Under the pieces are notes generated by a model. The model worked only from the letters and a program-made list of their open reading frames with translations. It had not been told where the DNA came from and did not search any database. Below are positions 25,260-37,200 of a stretch of DNA of 64,000 nt, piece after piece. The stretch comes from Anthoceros angustus (lineage: Eukaryota; Plantae; Anthocerotophyta), in assembly GCA_010909165.1 (NCBI GenBank), contig MU008198.1, forward strand, positions 340,216 to 404,215. Reading direction: 5' to 3'. Made by a program: the position numbers and the translations under genes. Within the stretch, counting starts at the first letter, position 1, and every line of letters starts with the position of its first letter.

Positions 25260-26170
25260 GATGATCTGCTGCAAGCCACTATCTCAGTCCCAAGCTGGAC
25301 AGTTTCTGTCTTCACCTAGCTGGATTTTTAAGCTGCCACAGTTTGTATACATCTTTCATCAAACTGCTGCCTACAAACACATCCGCCTCATATATGTCCT
25401 AGTCCTCTGATTTGCGAATGAAGCTGCCTTACGTCCCCGACTGCACAGCTGGGGTGCATACACTTGCACATGCCTGCAAGAGACGCAGAAATGCTACCAA
25501 GGCATTTGCCTAGCTCTACCAAAGCACCTTCCGAGCAGCTTCCAAGCTGCCACTTTGCGAACATGTTCACCAAGCTGCTGGCTACAAGCACATCAGCCTG
25601 ATGTCCTCGTTCTCTAATTCCCCATGATCATATCGATCCTTTCCCATGTCCAAACCCAGGGTGCCCACACTTGCACATGCCTGCAAGAAGCATACAAGCG
25701 TCACAGAATGAAGAACAGTCCTCCCTCCATCTCGCATAGCGCTAGTCTGTATAGAAGGAGGGCCTCCTGACCCATGCCCGCTACGAATATCCTGCTATCA
25801 TGACAGTCCAATTAGTCACCGCATCTTCCTGTCCAAAGTCCCTCAAACACTCTGCCGAGCTGCCACACTTGGCATACATGTTCACCAGACAAACACAGAC
25901 AACCAAATCATCCACAAGCGCACTGTTCAAGCAAGTCATCATGCAGCTGCTGCCCAGAATCTAAGTGTGAGCTGGCCCTTGCACAGGCCTGATTGATGGC
26001 TATCAAATACATGGGGCGCTCATCCAACTTAGGGGCTGCACGCTTTCCCCTTGCTGCCCTGCTCAGGGTCCACAGGAGCCAAGGCAGACTGCCGACATGC
26101 ATCTGCGTGTTCATCCCCTAGCTGCATATGCACAGCAGTACAGAACGCATTCTTGCTCGTTCATGAGGAG
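25260..26170 (-). pseudogene. PLS-class PPR pseudogene fragment, copy B
   Basis: Near-identical to 16830-17740. Confidence 0.85.
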
Positions 26171-26697
26171 GTGTAGCATTACAGAGTCTGATCTGTTGAG
26201 AGTTCAAGTGCTGCGAGTGTGGGGCATACTCATGAGGTCCTGAAACATATGACCCTCACGAAAAATTACTCTGTTCCAGCTAGAAATTACTCTGTTCAGC
26301 CTGGCTTTCTCTGGAGGGTAAAGCTGTCAGTGTTGTACCTCTTTCGGTGTTGTATATGATATCAATTGCAATAATCATATGTATCCATGTAATCTTCATA
26401 TACATATATAAACAAGGATGTTGTAGGAGAAATACAGGAGACATGCCAGGTGCATCCATCGTTCCTGCAGAATCCTGCAGCAAGAAGAAACTAGTGATGG
26501 TTTGAGGTATGCTGTGCTACGCGTGACACTTGTGGCGGTGCCCACCAGAACATAAGGTCCCAGCTAGATAGACGTGGCCCCAACATAATGCATTAGACAC
26601 CATAGTCTCCTTTTTGTGGACCCGCTAACCCTCGCCCCAATGTCAATCTTTCCCACAAGTGGTTATCTTAATGCAGAGAGCTCCAAGGAAACACATG

Positions 26698-26783
26698 CCG
26701 TCAGGAAAGGAAACACATGCTGCAAGAGCTTGGATTTCAGCCGGCCCATCTCGTTTGCTTCTCCGTGAACCAGAATAATATTA
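26698..26783 (-). pseudogene. Captured CPSF73 fragment, copy C
   Basis: Same as 18258-18344. Confidence 0.92.
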
Positions 26784-28123
26784 ATGTAGGCATGCCAAAG
26801 TAGCATGATAAGCCTCATCATGGCCTGAAGCTCACAGAAAGAGTTTACCGTGCAGCCAAGGTCAGGGCTTTCAGCCCAACCAGATACCCATCACTCAAAT
26901 AACCAAAACACAGTTGGCACCCATCTTGAGACTCGGAATTCGGAAGAACTCTCTGATGGATGCATGCATACATGCCTGCTGCACAATCATCTTGTTCAGA
27001 CTTGAAGCACGTCTCTTGACATGTGCTCATCATGTCTTGCAGCAGACAGAGAGCGGTGCCTCTGGTGATAGCCACGACAACGCTGATGGTGGGTGAACAT
27101 ACGTGCATACAGCTTTCATTGTTGCCCGCAGATAGAATCTCTGTGTGAGGTATATGGGATCCGTTCCCGTACATAGATGTGCTCTATCTACTGATTGGGT
27201 GTGCTTAAACTTGGAGCAAAGGATTCAGAGGAGGAATTGGAGCCACCACGTGGTTTCCTTCCTTGTTTTCACATGATGAATTCGGGTGCCAAGGAAGATA
27301 TGGAGTGCAATGGACCTCCATCAGACTGAGTGGGTGGTCCACAATGTTACAGTGCTGCCGCAATTAATTTTGTATTAGACGACAATACGTGCGAGATATG
27401 TACATGCCGCCGGTGTGGCTGCAGGAGTACCTGAAAGATTGAAAAGACCATCTTGCTAGGCTATCACCATGCTGCTCCAACTAATGCCCATCCATGCTGC
27501 TAGCCTAAAGTGCTCGGCAGGAAGCGGAGGCGCAAAAGCACTCTTGTAGAGCCCACAAATATTGGAGGGAGGAGGCAAAACATGCATGCATGGACGATTG
27601 TCAGGCCTGGAAACAGTACCGAAATTGTCATGGCACCTGGTCAACAATGCAGTCATGTCATCTGGTCAGTGTATCTATCTCGTCAACATTGGCTTCTGCC
27701 ATGAGAATCTGAGCAAAGTCTGTACTACCTGGCCATCACTAGACATCCAAACCCGTAGAAGGAAAAATATCGATGTACAACATTGTAAGGAAAGTGGCGG
27801 CTGAAGCGGGTCGTAACCTCGCAATAGACTGGTGTAAGTAAGTATATAATGGGAGGACTCGTTTTCCGGGTGAGCCGGACTCCATTGTGCGAGTTCAAAA
27901 GTGCGAGATACTAGGGTTTCCGGACATCGGCAAGCCCGTTAATTCAGGGTTCGGCGGGATTGTGTCCTGCGGCTTCTGTTCTCTGCTGGTGCCACCAGAA
28001 AGCAGAAAGCAGGCGGCTGGGGTTGGAAGACCTGACCAAAGCGGGGATCGATATGGCGCGACCTGGACAGCAGCAAGCGCAGCAGGGAGCGATGGCTGGA
28101 GGTGACGGCAACAGGAGGGGCCC

Positions 28124-28720
28124 GTGTTGGATAGGGCCTACTTCTGTAGCATGGGCCTGAGTGACACAGGCCTTGATCCAAGGAAGTCCCATGCCTGGGA
28201 CGGAATTGTGACTCGCCAGGACGTGGTGGACGAGTTCGGTTGGACCGGCAAGGGTCTCGTCAACCTCCGAAAGGCGCGCACAATAGAGCGCCAATTTCTC
28301 AGAGACTTAAGGAACAAGGTGTATCCCTATCAAAACGCGAACTGGAGTCAAGCTAGCGTTGCTTTTGCAATAGGCGCCATCGCCTCCCACAGGCGTCTGC
28401 AGGTGGACTGGGCAACCTTCGCCTTCCAGACCCAGTTTATGGGCAGATTGGCGAAGAGCACAAGAAGAGCCTACGTGCCTGTGAGTATGGCTGATCCCAA
28501 GCAAGGATACGGAGAGGTCGCCGGGAATGCTCCTGATGTGGCGCGGAAGGTGGAACATGAGACCCGACCTCAGGGAATGCCTGTTTGCACGGGCCAGGAG
28601 GAAGCGCGCGCGGATGAGTCCGAGTCCAAATCTCACTCCGAGATGGACGCGGGATTAAGCAGGCCCAGCGCCTCCGGGGTCTCGTCCAGAACCTCCGTGT
28701 CCAGCTGCTTCTCCCGGTGA
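28124..28720 (+). CDS. Orphan ORF, copy C (198 aa, compensating internal indels)
   Basis: ORF track 28124-28720; same N- and C-termini as copy A. Confidence 0.45.
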   Translation: MLDRAYFCSMGLSDTGLDPRKSHAWDGIVTRQDVVDEFGWTGKGLVNLRKARTIERQFLRDLRNKVYPYQNANWSQASVAFAIGAIASHRRLQVDWATFAFQTQFMGRLAKSTRRAYVPVSMADPKQGYGEVAGNAPDVARKVEHETRPQGMPVCTGQEEARADESESKSHSEMDAGLSRPSASGVSSRTSVSSCFSR

Positions 28721-30133
28721 GTTCCTGCCCTTGATTCATAAATCTCAGGAGTTTTCATGTACTTCGCCCATGACGTGCAAAGCAATGCACAGAATGTCAC
28801 GAACTGAAACCATATTAATGTGGTGTTAAATGCAGGTTTGAGGGTTTGAGGAAGACCCAAGACTGTTGGAGCTCTCAAGGGCCATGTTCAACTTGGGGAA
28901 ATGAGCAAATCTATCTACCTGCATGAACCTGCGTGAGTGTGTTGAGCACTACAGAAACTCACTTATATACTCAAGGCGTGACCAGCGGTCCTACCTATTA
29001 CGCCTCTGGCGTTCTACCGACTTGGCCTTGAATTCTATCTGATGGCTGTCTATCTACTAAAGTAGCACTCGCCTGAATCTGTAACAAGTGAGCAGCGACT
29101 GTGCGGGGAGAGGGTCAAGGGCCGGGCCTTCAACAATTAACATCAGCAGGGTGTTGACATCCTTTGAGGAAGGAGGCTATGGAGAGTCTGTTGAGTGTTG
29201 GAAAGGCTTCCTGATTTTGGGGAAAGTTCCAGTACCCTTGCTGGACGTGGTTCAATTCCTTTGCAGTTTAGAAAATTGTTTGGAGTGTCTCTTCAGTGTT
29301 GGAAAGGCTCCCTGGTTTTGGGGAAAGCTCCGTTGCTGGACGTGATTCAATTCTTTGTAAACTAGAACTTCTTTGTATTGTGATCATGATGTCTTTAGAA
29401 AAAATTAAACAATGCAAATCTTTGTCAAAGAAGAGTACTTCCAGAATTCTACAGACTCTTCAGCGGTGGTGATGCTTCTAAGCACGTCCTGCTGGAACAT
29501 CACTATGTGCTCCCTATGATAATGGCTGAAGTGGATGAATTCTCACCTGCACCTGATCCCCAGGACAAGGCTGGCCTGATGTGAGAAATTCTACTGCTGA
29601 GACAATGAGATCGAAGCTCATCGATGCAGGAATATTTGTTCGCAGGGACCAGACGGTGGCACAAGCCAGCGACAGGGGCTTTTGGGTACCAACAAGTTAC
29701 GTGTTCCATCCCTTCACAAGTCTAATCCGAGCTAAGACAGTGGCATGCCCGAGTAGTGGTGCTGCTCCCAAGGGAACGACTGTATCAATATTTGCTGCTA
29801 CACCTGTGGATTCCGGGGGCAGATCAGCTTGGATTGCAACTGAGTAGTCTCTTTCTGGCCACGTCTATCTCTCTCCCAGTTGTCAATTTCCCGCTTTGCC
29901 CTGCGTATTATTTCTGCGTGTTGGACTTCCTTGACATTCTTCTGGATGAGTCTTGCAGATCATTTCTGAAGCTTCTCGAGGCTTCGCTCTCAAACTCCCC
30001 TTGTTGAAATGAGGCCATCAAGGCAGCCAAATGTCGCTTTCTTAGACACGTACGAGTGGTCCTGGTCTCAAGCTTAGCTCCAGTTTATGTCGAGTGAACT
30101 GTCTTCTTTGTTCCAGCTTGGTTGCTAGTCCAG

Positions 30134-30201
30134 CTCATTACGAATACTCTGAAGACTGCTGACACGATGAGGGCCGAGTGTGCCCACCTTTTCGACACCG
30201 G
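30134..30201 (+). pseudogene. ~68 bp ADC snippet at the end of the array
   Basis: CTCATT...CTGAAGACTGCTG...GATGAGGGCCGAGTGTGCCCACCTTTTCGACACCGG matches ADC copy A at ~16031-16100. Confidence 0.9.
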
Positions 30202-30224
30202 TATCCAATTCCGTTACATTTCTG

Positions 30225-30315
30225 TGCCTCCTGCAGGTATCTGCAAGTGTGGGCAGCCAAGCTTTGGAGAAGGGCAAGCAGCTTCATGCAGAAATTAGGA
30301 AACGAGCCAGGTTCC
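30225..30315 (+). pseudogene. PPR motif fragment
   Basis: SASVGSQALEKGKQLHAEIRKR, a typical PLS-PPR L-motif ending. Confidence 0.65.
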
Positions 30316-30704
30316 CGTTGCTCGGAGGTATTGCCTGCAGTGATATCGATCTCGACACCCCTGTTTTCCCTCCCCGTAAGGCATGCTGTGTTTCATGCAA
30401 CCATGGGTCTGGCAGTGACCAGTTGGAATCAATTCCAGCCTGGTTCCGGTAGTGGTACTGGGATTCACATGGCACGATCGGATCAGCATGCCGTTCGTCA
30501 GGACTTTCAGCTGGACTGAATCCAAACTTGGCATGTGAGGAACAACATTCCACCGTGGAGCAAAACCCCTCTTCTTCGCAATAACTCGAGCAACCAACCA
30601 ATGCCATTAATCCCTAAACCTTGCAAATTCATACTCAGTGGCAATACCAGTGGGCTTTTGTCGTCGTTAGTAATATTACTCAGCTTTGCCTCCAATTTTT
30701 GTCT

Positions 30705-30787
30705 GTCTAGATGGTGTTCATGGTCATCATGGTCCTCACGCTAGACTCACACACTGGCAGTCCCCGGTTCGATCCTGGGTCCAGACT
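30705..30787 (+). tRNA. tRNA-Val(CAC) pseudogene
   Basis: GTCTAGATGGTGT…TCACGCTAGACTCACACACTGGCAGTCCCCGGTTCGATCCTGGGTCCAGAC follows the plant tRNA-Val(CAC) layout: anticodon CAC at 30748-30750, T-loop GGTTCGATCC. The D-arm has a TCATGGTC duplication and stems are mismatched. Confidence 0.8.
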
Positions 30788-30869
30788 CGACACATGCCGA
30801 TTTAATCCACGGTAGCAATTTGATACGAATGATTTTGTCCACAAAAACCCACTAGGTCAGTATCATACC

Positions 30870-31110
30870 TCAGGTCGAAACATACACGTGGTTCTGATGA
30901 AAACAGGCACAAACGCACGCCTTGTGGCCATTCCATGAGAGTGTGCTGTCGCCTGCCCGTCTTGCCCGGTTTTTAACATGATCATGGAAGACCACATAAA
31001 ATTGCATCTGGCTAAGCAACCATTTCAAACACATCCATGGCGTCTTGCAACCTGCCATAGGAAGCACAGCTCCGCAGGATGTGGTTGCACAGGAACATGG
31101 CTACCTCACG
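30870..31110 (-). pseudogene. PPR fragment
   Basis: MFLCNHILRSCASYGRLQDAMDVFEMV resembles a PPR S/P motif. Confidence 0.6.
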
Positions 31111-31818
31111 AGTTTTAGCCGTTACCACGCTTTCACATCCTGCAGGCCTGCCAGGGTCAGGATCTTCAGGTAAGCTCCAGTTGGATGTGCTGGAAGATCC
31201 GTGTCCAGCCAGACATCCACCTGGGGGCCTGGCAAATTTGGTGCAAATGTTCTGCACCGTGCGGCTTTGTTGTTTGCCAACAATTTATTCCTTGGAGTCC
31301 AACAAGCAGGAGGCGGAGGGCTCCGTGCCATACCCCCCACCACTCGGCGAGGTCCGCCACGGCTCCTGTTACCCCCTCAGAGTGCCTCAATTGCAGCAAG
31401 CAATGCAGAGACCGTGCGTGCCCGACGACGCACCACGCCTGGTGCGTTGCATGTTTTCATCACTCATGTAATGTGTTTGCTGCACACACTTTTGGTGCTC
31501 CAGCTGGTGATGGTGCTCCCATCTGTTAGCGAAAAGAAATGTACTGGTGGATAATTTGTTTTCGGGCCGTGCGTGTGCACAAGACAGCCCGAGCGCGGAA
31601 GGAAGCTTGTGAAATGGCCCCACCGGCATCGACCGGAGCGGCAGACGAGGTCACACACGTGGATGCTACAGTCGGCCTGCCTGGATCTGGCCATGTTAAG
31701 TTTTTCTATAAAAGGAGGGGTTGTCTTTGACAAGAACAAGGGGAAGCGGATCCAACGAGTTAAGAGTTATTTCAGGTTGTCCCACACATTAAGATACAGA
31801 TACAAAAACAGATACAGA

Positions 31819-33357
31819 GGGCGATTTTTGACTCTAATCTAAGACATCAAATAGTTACCAACCGGGCTGTAAATGAATGAAAGATTGTGGAAGAATGGTT
31901 CCCCATCCAAGCATTGATCCGTCGTGCGGGGCGTTTAACTGTGGAGTTCTGATCTCATCTGCTGGCGTGTAGATATCCACGCAGATGATAATGTGGCTGA
32001 TGCTCAGGCTTATTGAAACTGTCACTTTGAACAGGTTAGGTTGTGAATCAGTTACATGCCATGTCATTGTGTGGGCCAAGCTTAAGTGACACTGTTGAGC
32101 TCGTTGAACCAGCTCGGCTTGCTTCCAGTCGATGGCAATCTCTCCTTCCCAGGAAAAACCAATTCAGCTGCAACGTTAACGGGCAAGTCTCCAGGCGGTC
32201 TTAAAGTAATTAATGGCTTTTGCAAGCCAATTACTTTAACTTTAAATTCTAAAACAACATGGGTCTCTTTCAGTGTTGTATATGATATCAATTACAATAA
32301 TTATATATATCCATATAATCTTTATATACATATGTACAAAATAAAAAATGACACAAAGTTGTATTTGTAGCGAACCATGCGGCAAGCCCTTAGCGCTTCT
32401 ATAAATCTTTTATACAATGTTGACATCCTAATCATGGAAATATACACGTGAACAATATACTCAATAGTGCTCCTATCTTGTGTCTTGAAAATGGGTTAGG
32501 ATAACTTTAAGTTAATATGTGAGCTCCAAAAGTTTGCATGCTTCATTGGATAGCTACAGATTGAGAATTGCGCCATATTTTTTACCACCTTCCATTCCAA
32601 CCAGAATTTAAAAATGGACAAAATATGGTGAAAGGATATTCGAACTTGTCGGTAACTTTCCATCCAACTTTTTGTCCAAAAAAATCTTGCTTTTCCTAAA
32701 AGCTCAACCAAATCTGGGCAAGCCCTAATGGCTAAAAAACACAATACTTGACTCAAAACTTGTTTCCGTTCAGTCCAATAGGATTGACTAAATTGATATG
32801 ATCGAGGTTAATATTTTTTTCCTACTGAAAGCGAGATAGCTATTGGAGTATGTTGTTACTGAGAGATTAATTTCAAAACCTTTTGTTGGTCGAAATGTGA
32901 TGTTAAAACCTTATTCATTCATGGACATAAGGGAAAGCACATTCAAAGTCAATAAAGGTTGCCAAATGTTTGAAATCTGATTCAAATCTTAGTCTATTGT
33001 GCTCCATTATGTGTTTGCCATAGACATTTTGTATTGCTTCAGGTGACTTTACTTTAGGTCCTCAAACCATGGAGCCTAGCTTCGGCTTCCTTTCTCAATC
33101 ACCGGTGTACTTTCACCTAGGCATTCCATAGATACGAATTCAATACTTTTCTTATTAGTTCTGACTTAATGTGTTATATATTGGAAACTAATTAATAATT
33201 AGGTTCTCCTTTGAAGAGTGACATGGTAGTCAACCAGGAGTTCATCGGAACTCTCTGGCTAAGCAACCCTCCGGTCAGATTGCTACTACGATGGCCCATC
33301 CCAACTCCTTGGTGACCCATGGTGGCTTGCTTATTTTGAAGTCCTTCGAAGTCACTT
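31819..33357 (+). repeat. 1.6 kb dispersed direct repeat, copy 2
   Basis: Matches 6683-8305; segment 32335-32459 is the reverse complement of ~7205-7329. Confidence 0.95.
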
Positions 33358-35548
33358 GACATATGTGCCTTCATCTGCCTTTCATTGCTGTTGATCCGCA
33401 GCCCCGGCCCTCCTCCTCGCGATTGTTATCAAGCGGAAGATTTCGCCTTGAGCTCATGCTGTGGGCACCTCAAGTTGCCTTGCCTTTGCTAGCGCTGTTC
33501 CTCTCTGCTTCCGTTGCCGATTTGTATCCAGCATCATCGCTTGGCTTCCGAGGTTAACATTACTGGGCCGTTAGCTTACAGCTGCTCCCATGAGTGGTAG
33601 CTCGAGATCCCGCTTGGGTTATCCTCCGGACCTCTATAGCAGGTTCCTGTCGGCTTTGTGCAGTCTTCAGCCGTTGAAGTTAAGGTGCTTCATGTCCCCG
33701 AGGTGAGCTCCCATTCTTCCCGCCTGCCGCCTGCTTCTGATTTTGAGGCCAAAGGCGGTTACTGCCGCCTCGCTTTCTGCATTTTGAGGCCAAAGGCCTG
33801 GTTACCAAGCCGCCATGTCATGACTCGTACCCGGACATACATAGCTTATACCATGACATGACGTCGGGGAGTACTGTGACAGTGGACTGGTGTTGAGGTC
33901 GTCGACTGATGTTAAGCGTTCTTGCATTGCATCCCACTTGTGTTAATCCACCGCTCCTGCTCTCCCCTGCTTGTTTCTGCCTTGTTTCTCCGCTCTTGTA
34001 TGCTCTGCACAGAGTGGGAACCTGTGCTTGTGTAGCCTACCTCTGCAATGCGTTCGCGCGTGCAGCCGCATCGGTGTCGAATTTGAATGCACCCGTGGCA
34101 ATTGTGTCCGTCGTTCGTTCAGTGGTTTTGTTTGGTGTTTGGTTTTTGTTTTGCGCATGTCATGTCGTACCCATTCACACATACATACTGTGATGGAGAG
34201 TATTTGGCATACATGATTTATATTTATACCATGATGGGGAGTTTGCAGCATACACTATTTATACCATGATGCGCAGTTTGTGGACAAGTGTTGAGTTTCA
34301 AGACTGATTGTTTAGCCTTCTTGCGGACACTTGTCAAAGAACTATAGCTTGTTTCCTTCTTTCTGCTTAAAGACATGAATGTGGTATATTACCTTGGTTT
34401 GGTGATGGTTGTTGATGAAGAGAAGAAGAAAGCTATTAGCTTTCTTCTAATAGCTAAAGCAAACCTTGTTTGCACATAGTATGTGCAAACAGGGTTTGTG
34501 CAAAACTTTTCTTGCAAGCTTGCCTGACATTTGTTGGTTATATGCGGAAGACTGAGCTCTCCATTATTAATCGGAATCGTTGTGTTGCTCACTTCTGTTA
34601 GCTTGAAAGAACTGTGTTGGTGGATAAATTTATTTCACGTGCGTGTGCACAATACAAGTCGAGCGGGGAAGGAAGGTACAATGGCCTCACCACTGGCATT
34701 GGCCACGGTGGCAAACGAGCTCATGCAAACATGGATGCTACAGTTAGCCAGCCTGCAGCCGGGCATGGGCATGGGCACTGATGGGCATGGGCATGGCTGG
34801 ACCCGCCTGGAGGGTGCAGTCCGTCTTGCAACTGGAGGTCGTTGTGCGGAAGGAAAACTTTTGTTGGACTAGAAACAGGGCGAAGCTGGTGGAACGAATT
34901 CAGAGTATTTCAAGGTTGTCCAGCGCACGATGACAAAGGACGTGGCTGATGCTCAGGCTTGCCGGGATTGTCACTTTGGGCAGGTGGTAGATCGGTTACG
35001 TACCACATGTTGTCATTGTGTCGGCCAACTTGCGATACATTTGAATTCGAGCCATGAGGACCGCCTTGTTTCCAGTTGGATAGCTCCGCTGGTGGCCTCC
35101 TATCTACAAACCAATTAAACAATGCATGCAGATGATGGCAATCAAGGAAGGCGAGATTTTGCTCTCAGACTTGCAACGCTTCACACGATGGCCTGAAGCT
35201 TAGCGAACGGTTTTACCGCGTGTAGCCGAGGTCAAGGCTTTCACAGAATTCTTCCGCATTGTTGAGAGGCTCCAGGTGCAGGTGCCAATTGTTTTTCGCA
35301 TCAGGTGGCTGGTGTGTGGTGTAGGTGTCAACTGGTTTCCGCACTAGGTGATTGAAGAAGAAGAAGAAAAATTTTATTTAAGTCCACTAAGGACGGATTT
35401 CTGTCATGGGACTGAAATATGATAACTACATAGATTAGTTAGATTATTAGACTACATAGATTACGGTAAAATGGCCTCAATGAGGCTTAGTAAGTGATAG
35501 GGGTGATGGATGCATGCCTGCAGCTGCAGAATGTTCATAGTAGTATCA

Positions 35549-36022
35549 AGTTGGTAGGAAAAGAGCTGAGTTTTTACAGAAAGCAAACACAACACTCCCA
35601 AACGATATGGGTTATATGCACTAGGCACACTAGGTTCTAGCACACAAGCACACAAGAACACTTGTATACACCACACCGTACATGTAGGTGGGCTTGGCCT
35701 TATATAGTCCTAGCCTTGAATCCTATTGGTCACTTGACTTTGAATCTTGGTCACTTGACCTTGAATCCTATTGGTCACTTGACCTTGAATCCTATTGGTC
35801 ACTTAACCTTGAATCCTATTGGTCACTTAACCTTGAATCTTACTAATCAGTTGACTCACCCTTTACTTTTGGGCTTTCTAGAAGATACTTTCTAGAAGAT
35901 GCATGACTTTCTGGAAAGTATACAAGTTACTTTTTATGGCACTCTTCATAACCTTTTTTTAGGGCACTCTTCATAACATATTTTGATATATTTTGATATG
36001 TTGTAATAAATCGATTCTAACA
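35549..36022 (-). mobile_element. Solo LTR (~474 bp) with an internal 24-bp tandem repeat
   Basis: Minus-strand termini TGTTAG…CCAAC(T); minus-strand TATATAAG at ~35700; interrupts a module that is uninterrupted at ~9725; (TTGAATCCTATTGGTCACTTGACC) x~5 at 35715-35840. Confidence 0.7.
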
Positions 36023-36556
36023 CATCTTGTTCAGACTTGCCACACACGGCTCTGACATATGCTCATCATGTCTTGCACCAGAGACAGAGCGATCACCCTG
36101 GGGAAAGCGACGACAAGGCTGATAGTGGGTGAACATACATGTGCACAGCTCTTTCATTGTTGCCTGCAGATCCATCTGTGTGAGGCATATTGGATTCGTT
36201 TCCCATACATAGATATGCTCTATATACTGATGCGCACAGCTCTTTAACGGAGGAATTGCAGCCACCACGTGGTTTCCCTTTTTCTTTCAGACGAGGAAGA
36301 TTTCGAGGGAGATGGATCTCCATCAGTAGGTGGTCCTAAATATTACAGAGCTATCGCAATGAATTTCGTATTAGACGAGGTACGTGCAAGCTGCTGGACA
36401 TGTTTTGTGTCATGATCAGCGTCGCTACAGTTTTGCAAGGAGATATTCAGAGACATGCCATGTTGCCTCAAGAATCCTCCAGCAAGAAGAGGCTAGTGAT
36501 GGTGTCCATGTATGCTAGTAGTCACTAGCTTAAAATTTGTGGCGCTGCCCATCATA

Positions 36557-36720
36557 AGAACATAAGGTCCCTAGATAGACGTGGCCCCAACATAATGCAA
36601 TGGGCACCGGAAGAACATAAGGTCCCTAGATAGACGTGGCCCCAACATAGTGCAATGGGCATCGGCAGAACATAAGGTCTCTAGATAGACGTGGCCCCAA
36701 CATACTGCAATGGGCACCCG
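36557..36720. repeat. 3 x 55-bp tandem repeat
   Basis: AGAACATAAGGTCCCTAGATAGACGTGGCCCCAACATA.TGCAATGGGCA at 36557, 36612 and 36667; single copy in units A, B and C. Confidence 0.95.
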
Positions 36721-36869
36721 AGTGTCCTTTTTCGTGAAAGAGGTAATCCTTGCCCCAACACCAATCTTATTTTTAAGTGAATGGGCCATGCCCTCCTTGT
36801 GTGATGCCTAAGCTCATAGTATTTGGATACCGATCACGCTACCTTGTCAGGTTGTTAGGCTTTCGACTT

Positions 36870-37200
36870 CGATTGGGGACACCTTGAATCCTTAGACACA
36901 ACATTCATTCATCCATTCACCCAAATTACAGTGCAACTCCGAGGTCGCCAGTTAAGTTGATGTCCACGCACAACACTGTAGTCATACATTCATCACGAGC
37001 CGCTAAAGTCCATCGAACCCTCGGGAGCAGAGCAGTTGTCAACCGTGATCCCCTGCCCGAGAGCTCTTAACATCCTTAGTACTACTACTACGGTTTGTAC
37101 AACCCCTCCAATGAAGACATCCTGTAACTTTACGAAACACCTGGGCTGCAAACCCCTCCTGTAAAGACATCCCGTTAATTTACAAAACACCTGGACCTTC
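36870..37200 (-). mobile_element. Possible Ty3/gypsy 3' end (PPT + LTR remnant)
   Basis: The minus strand reads GATGTCTTCATTGGAGGGGT then TGTAC…; the PPT-containing ~50 bp is duplicated. Confidence 0.3.

Larger units (their letters stand above)
17992..26428 (+). repeat. Tandem duplicon unit B (~8.44 kb)
   Basis: Colinear with unit A; differs by scattered substitutions and many 1-bp indels. Confidence 0.97.
26429..30133 (+). repeat. Tandem duplicon unit C (partial, ends before ADC)
   Basis: Colinear with B up to ..GGTTGCTAGTCCAG at 30133; its last ~500 bp are visibly more diverged. Confidence 0.95.
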
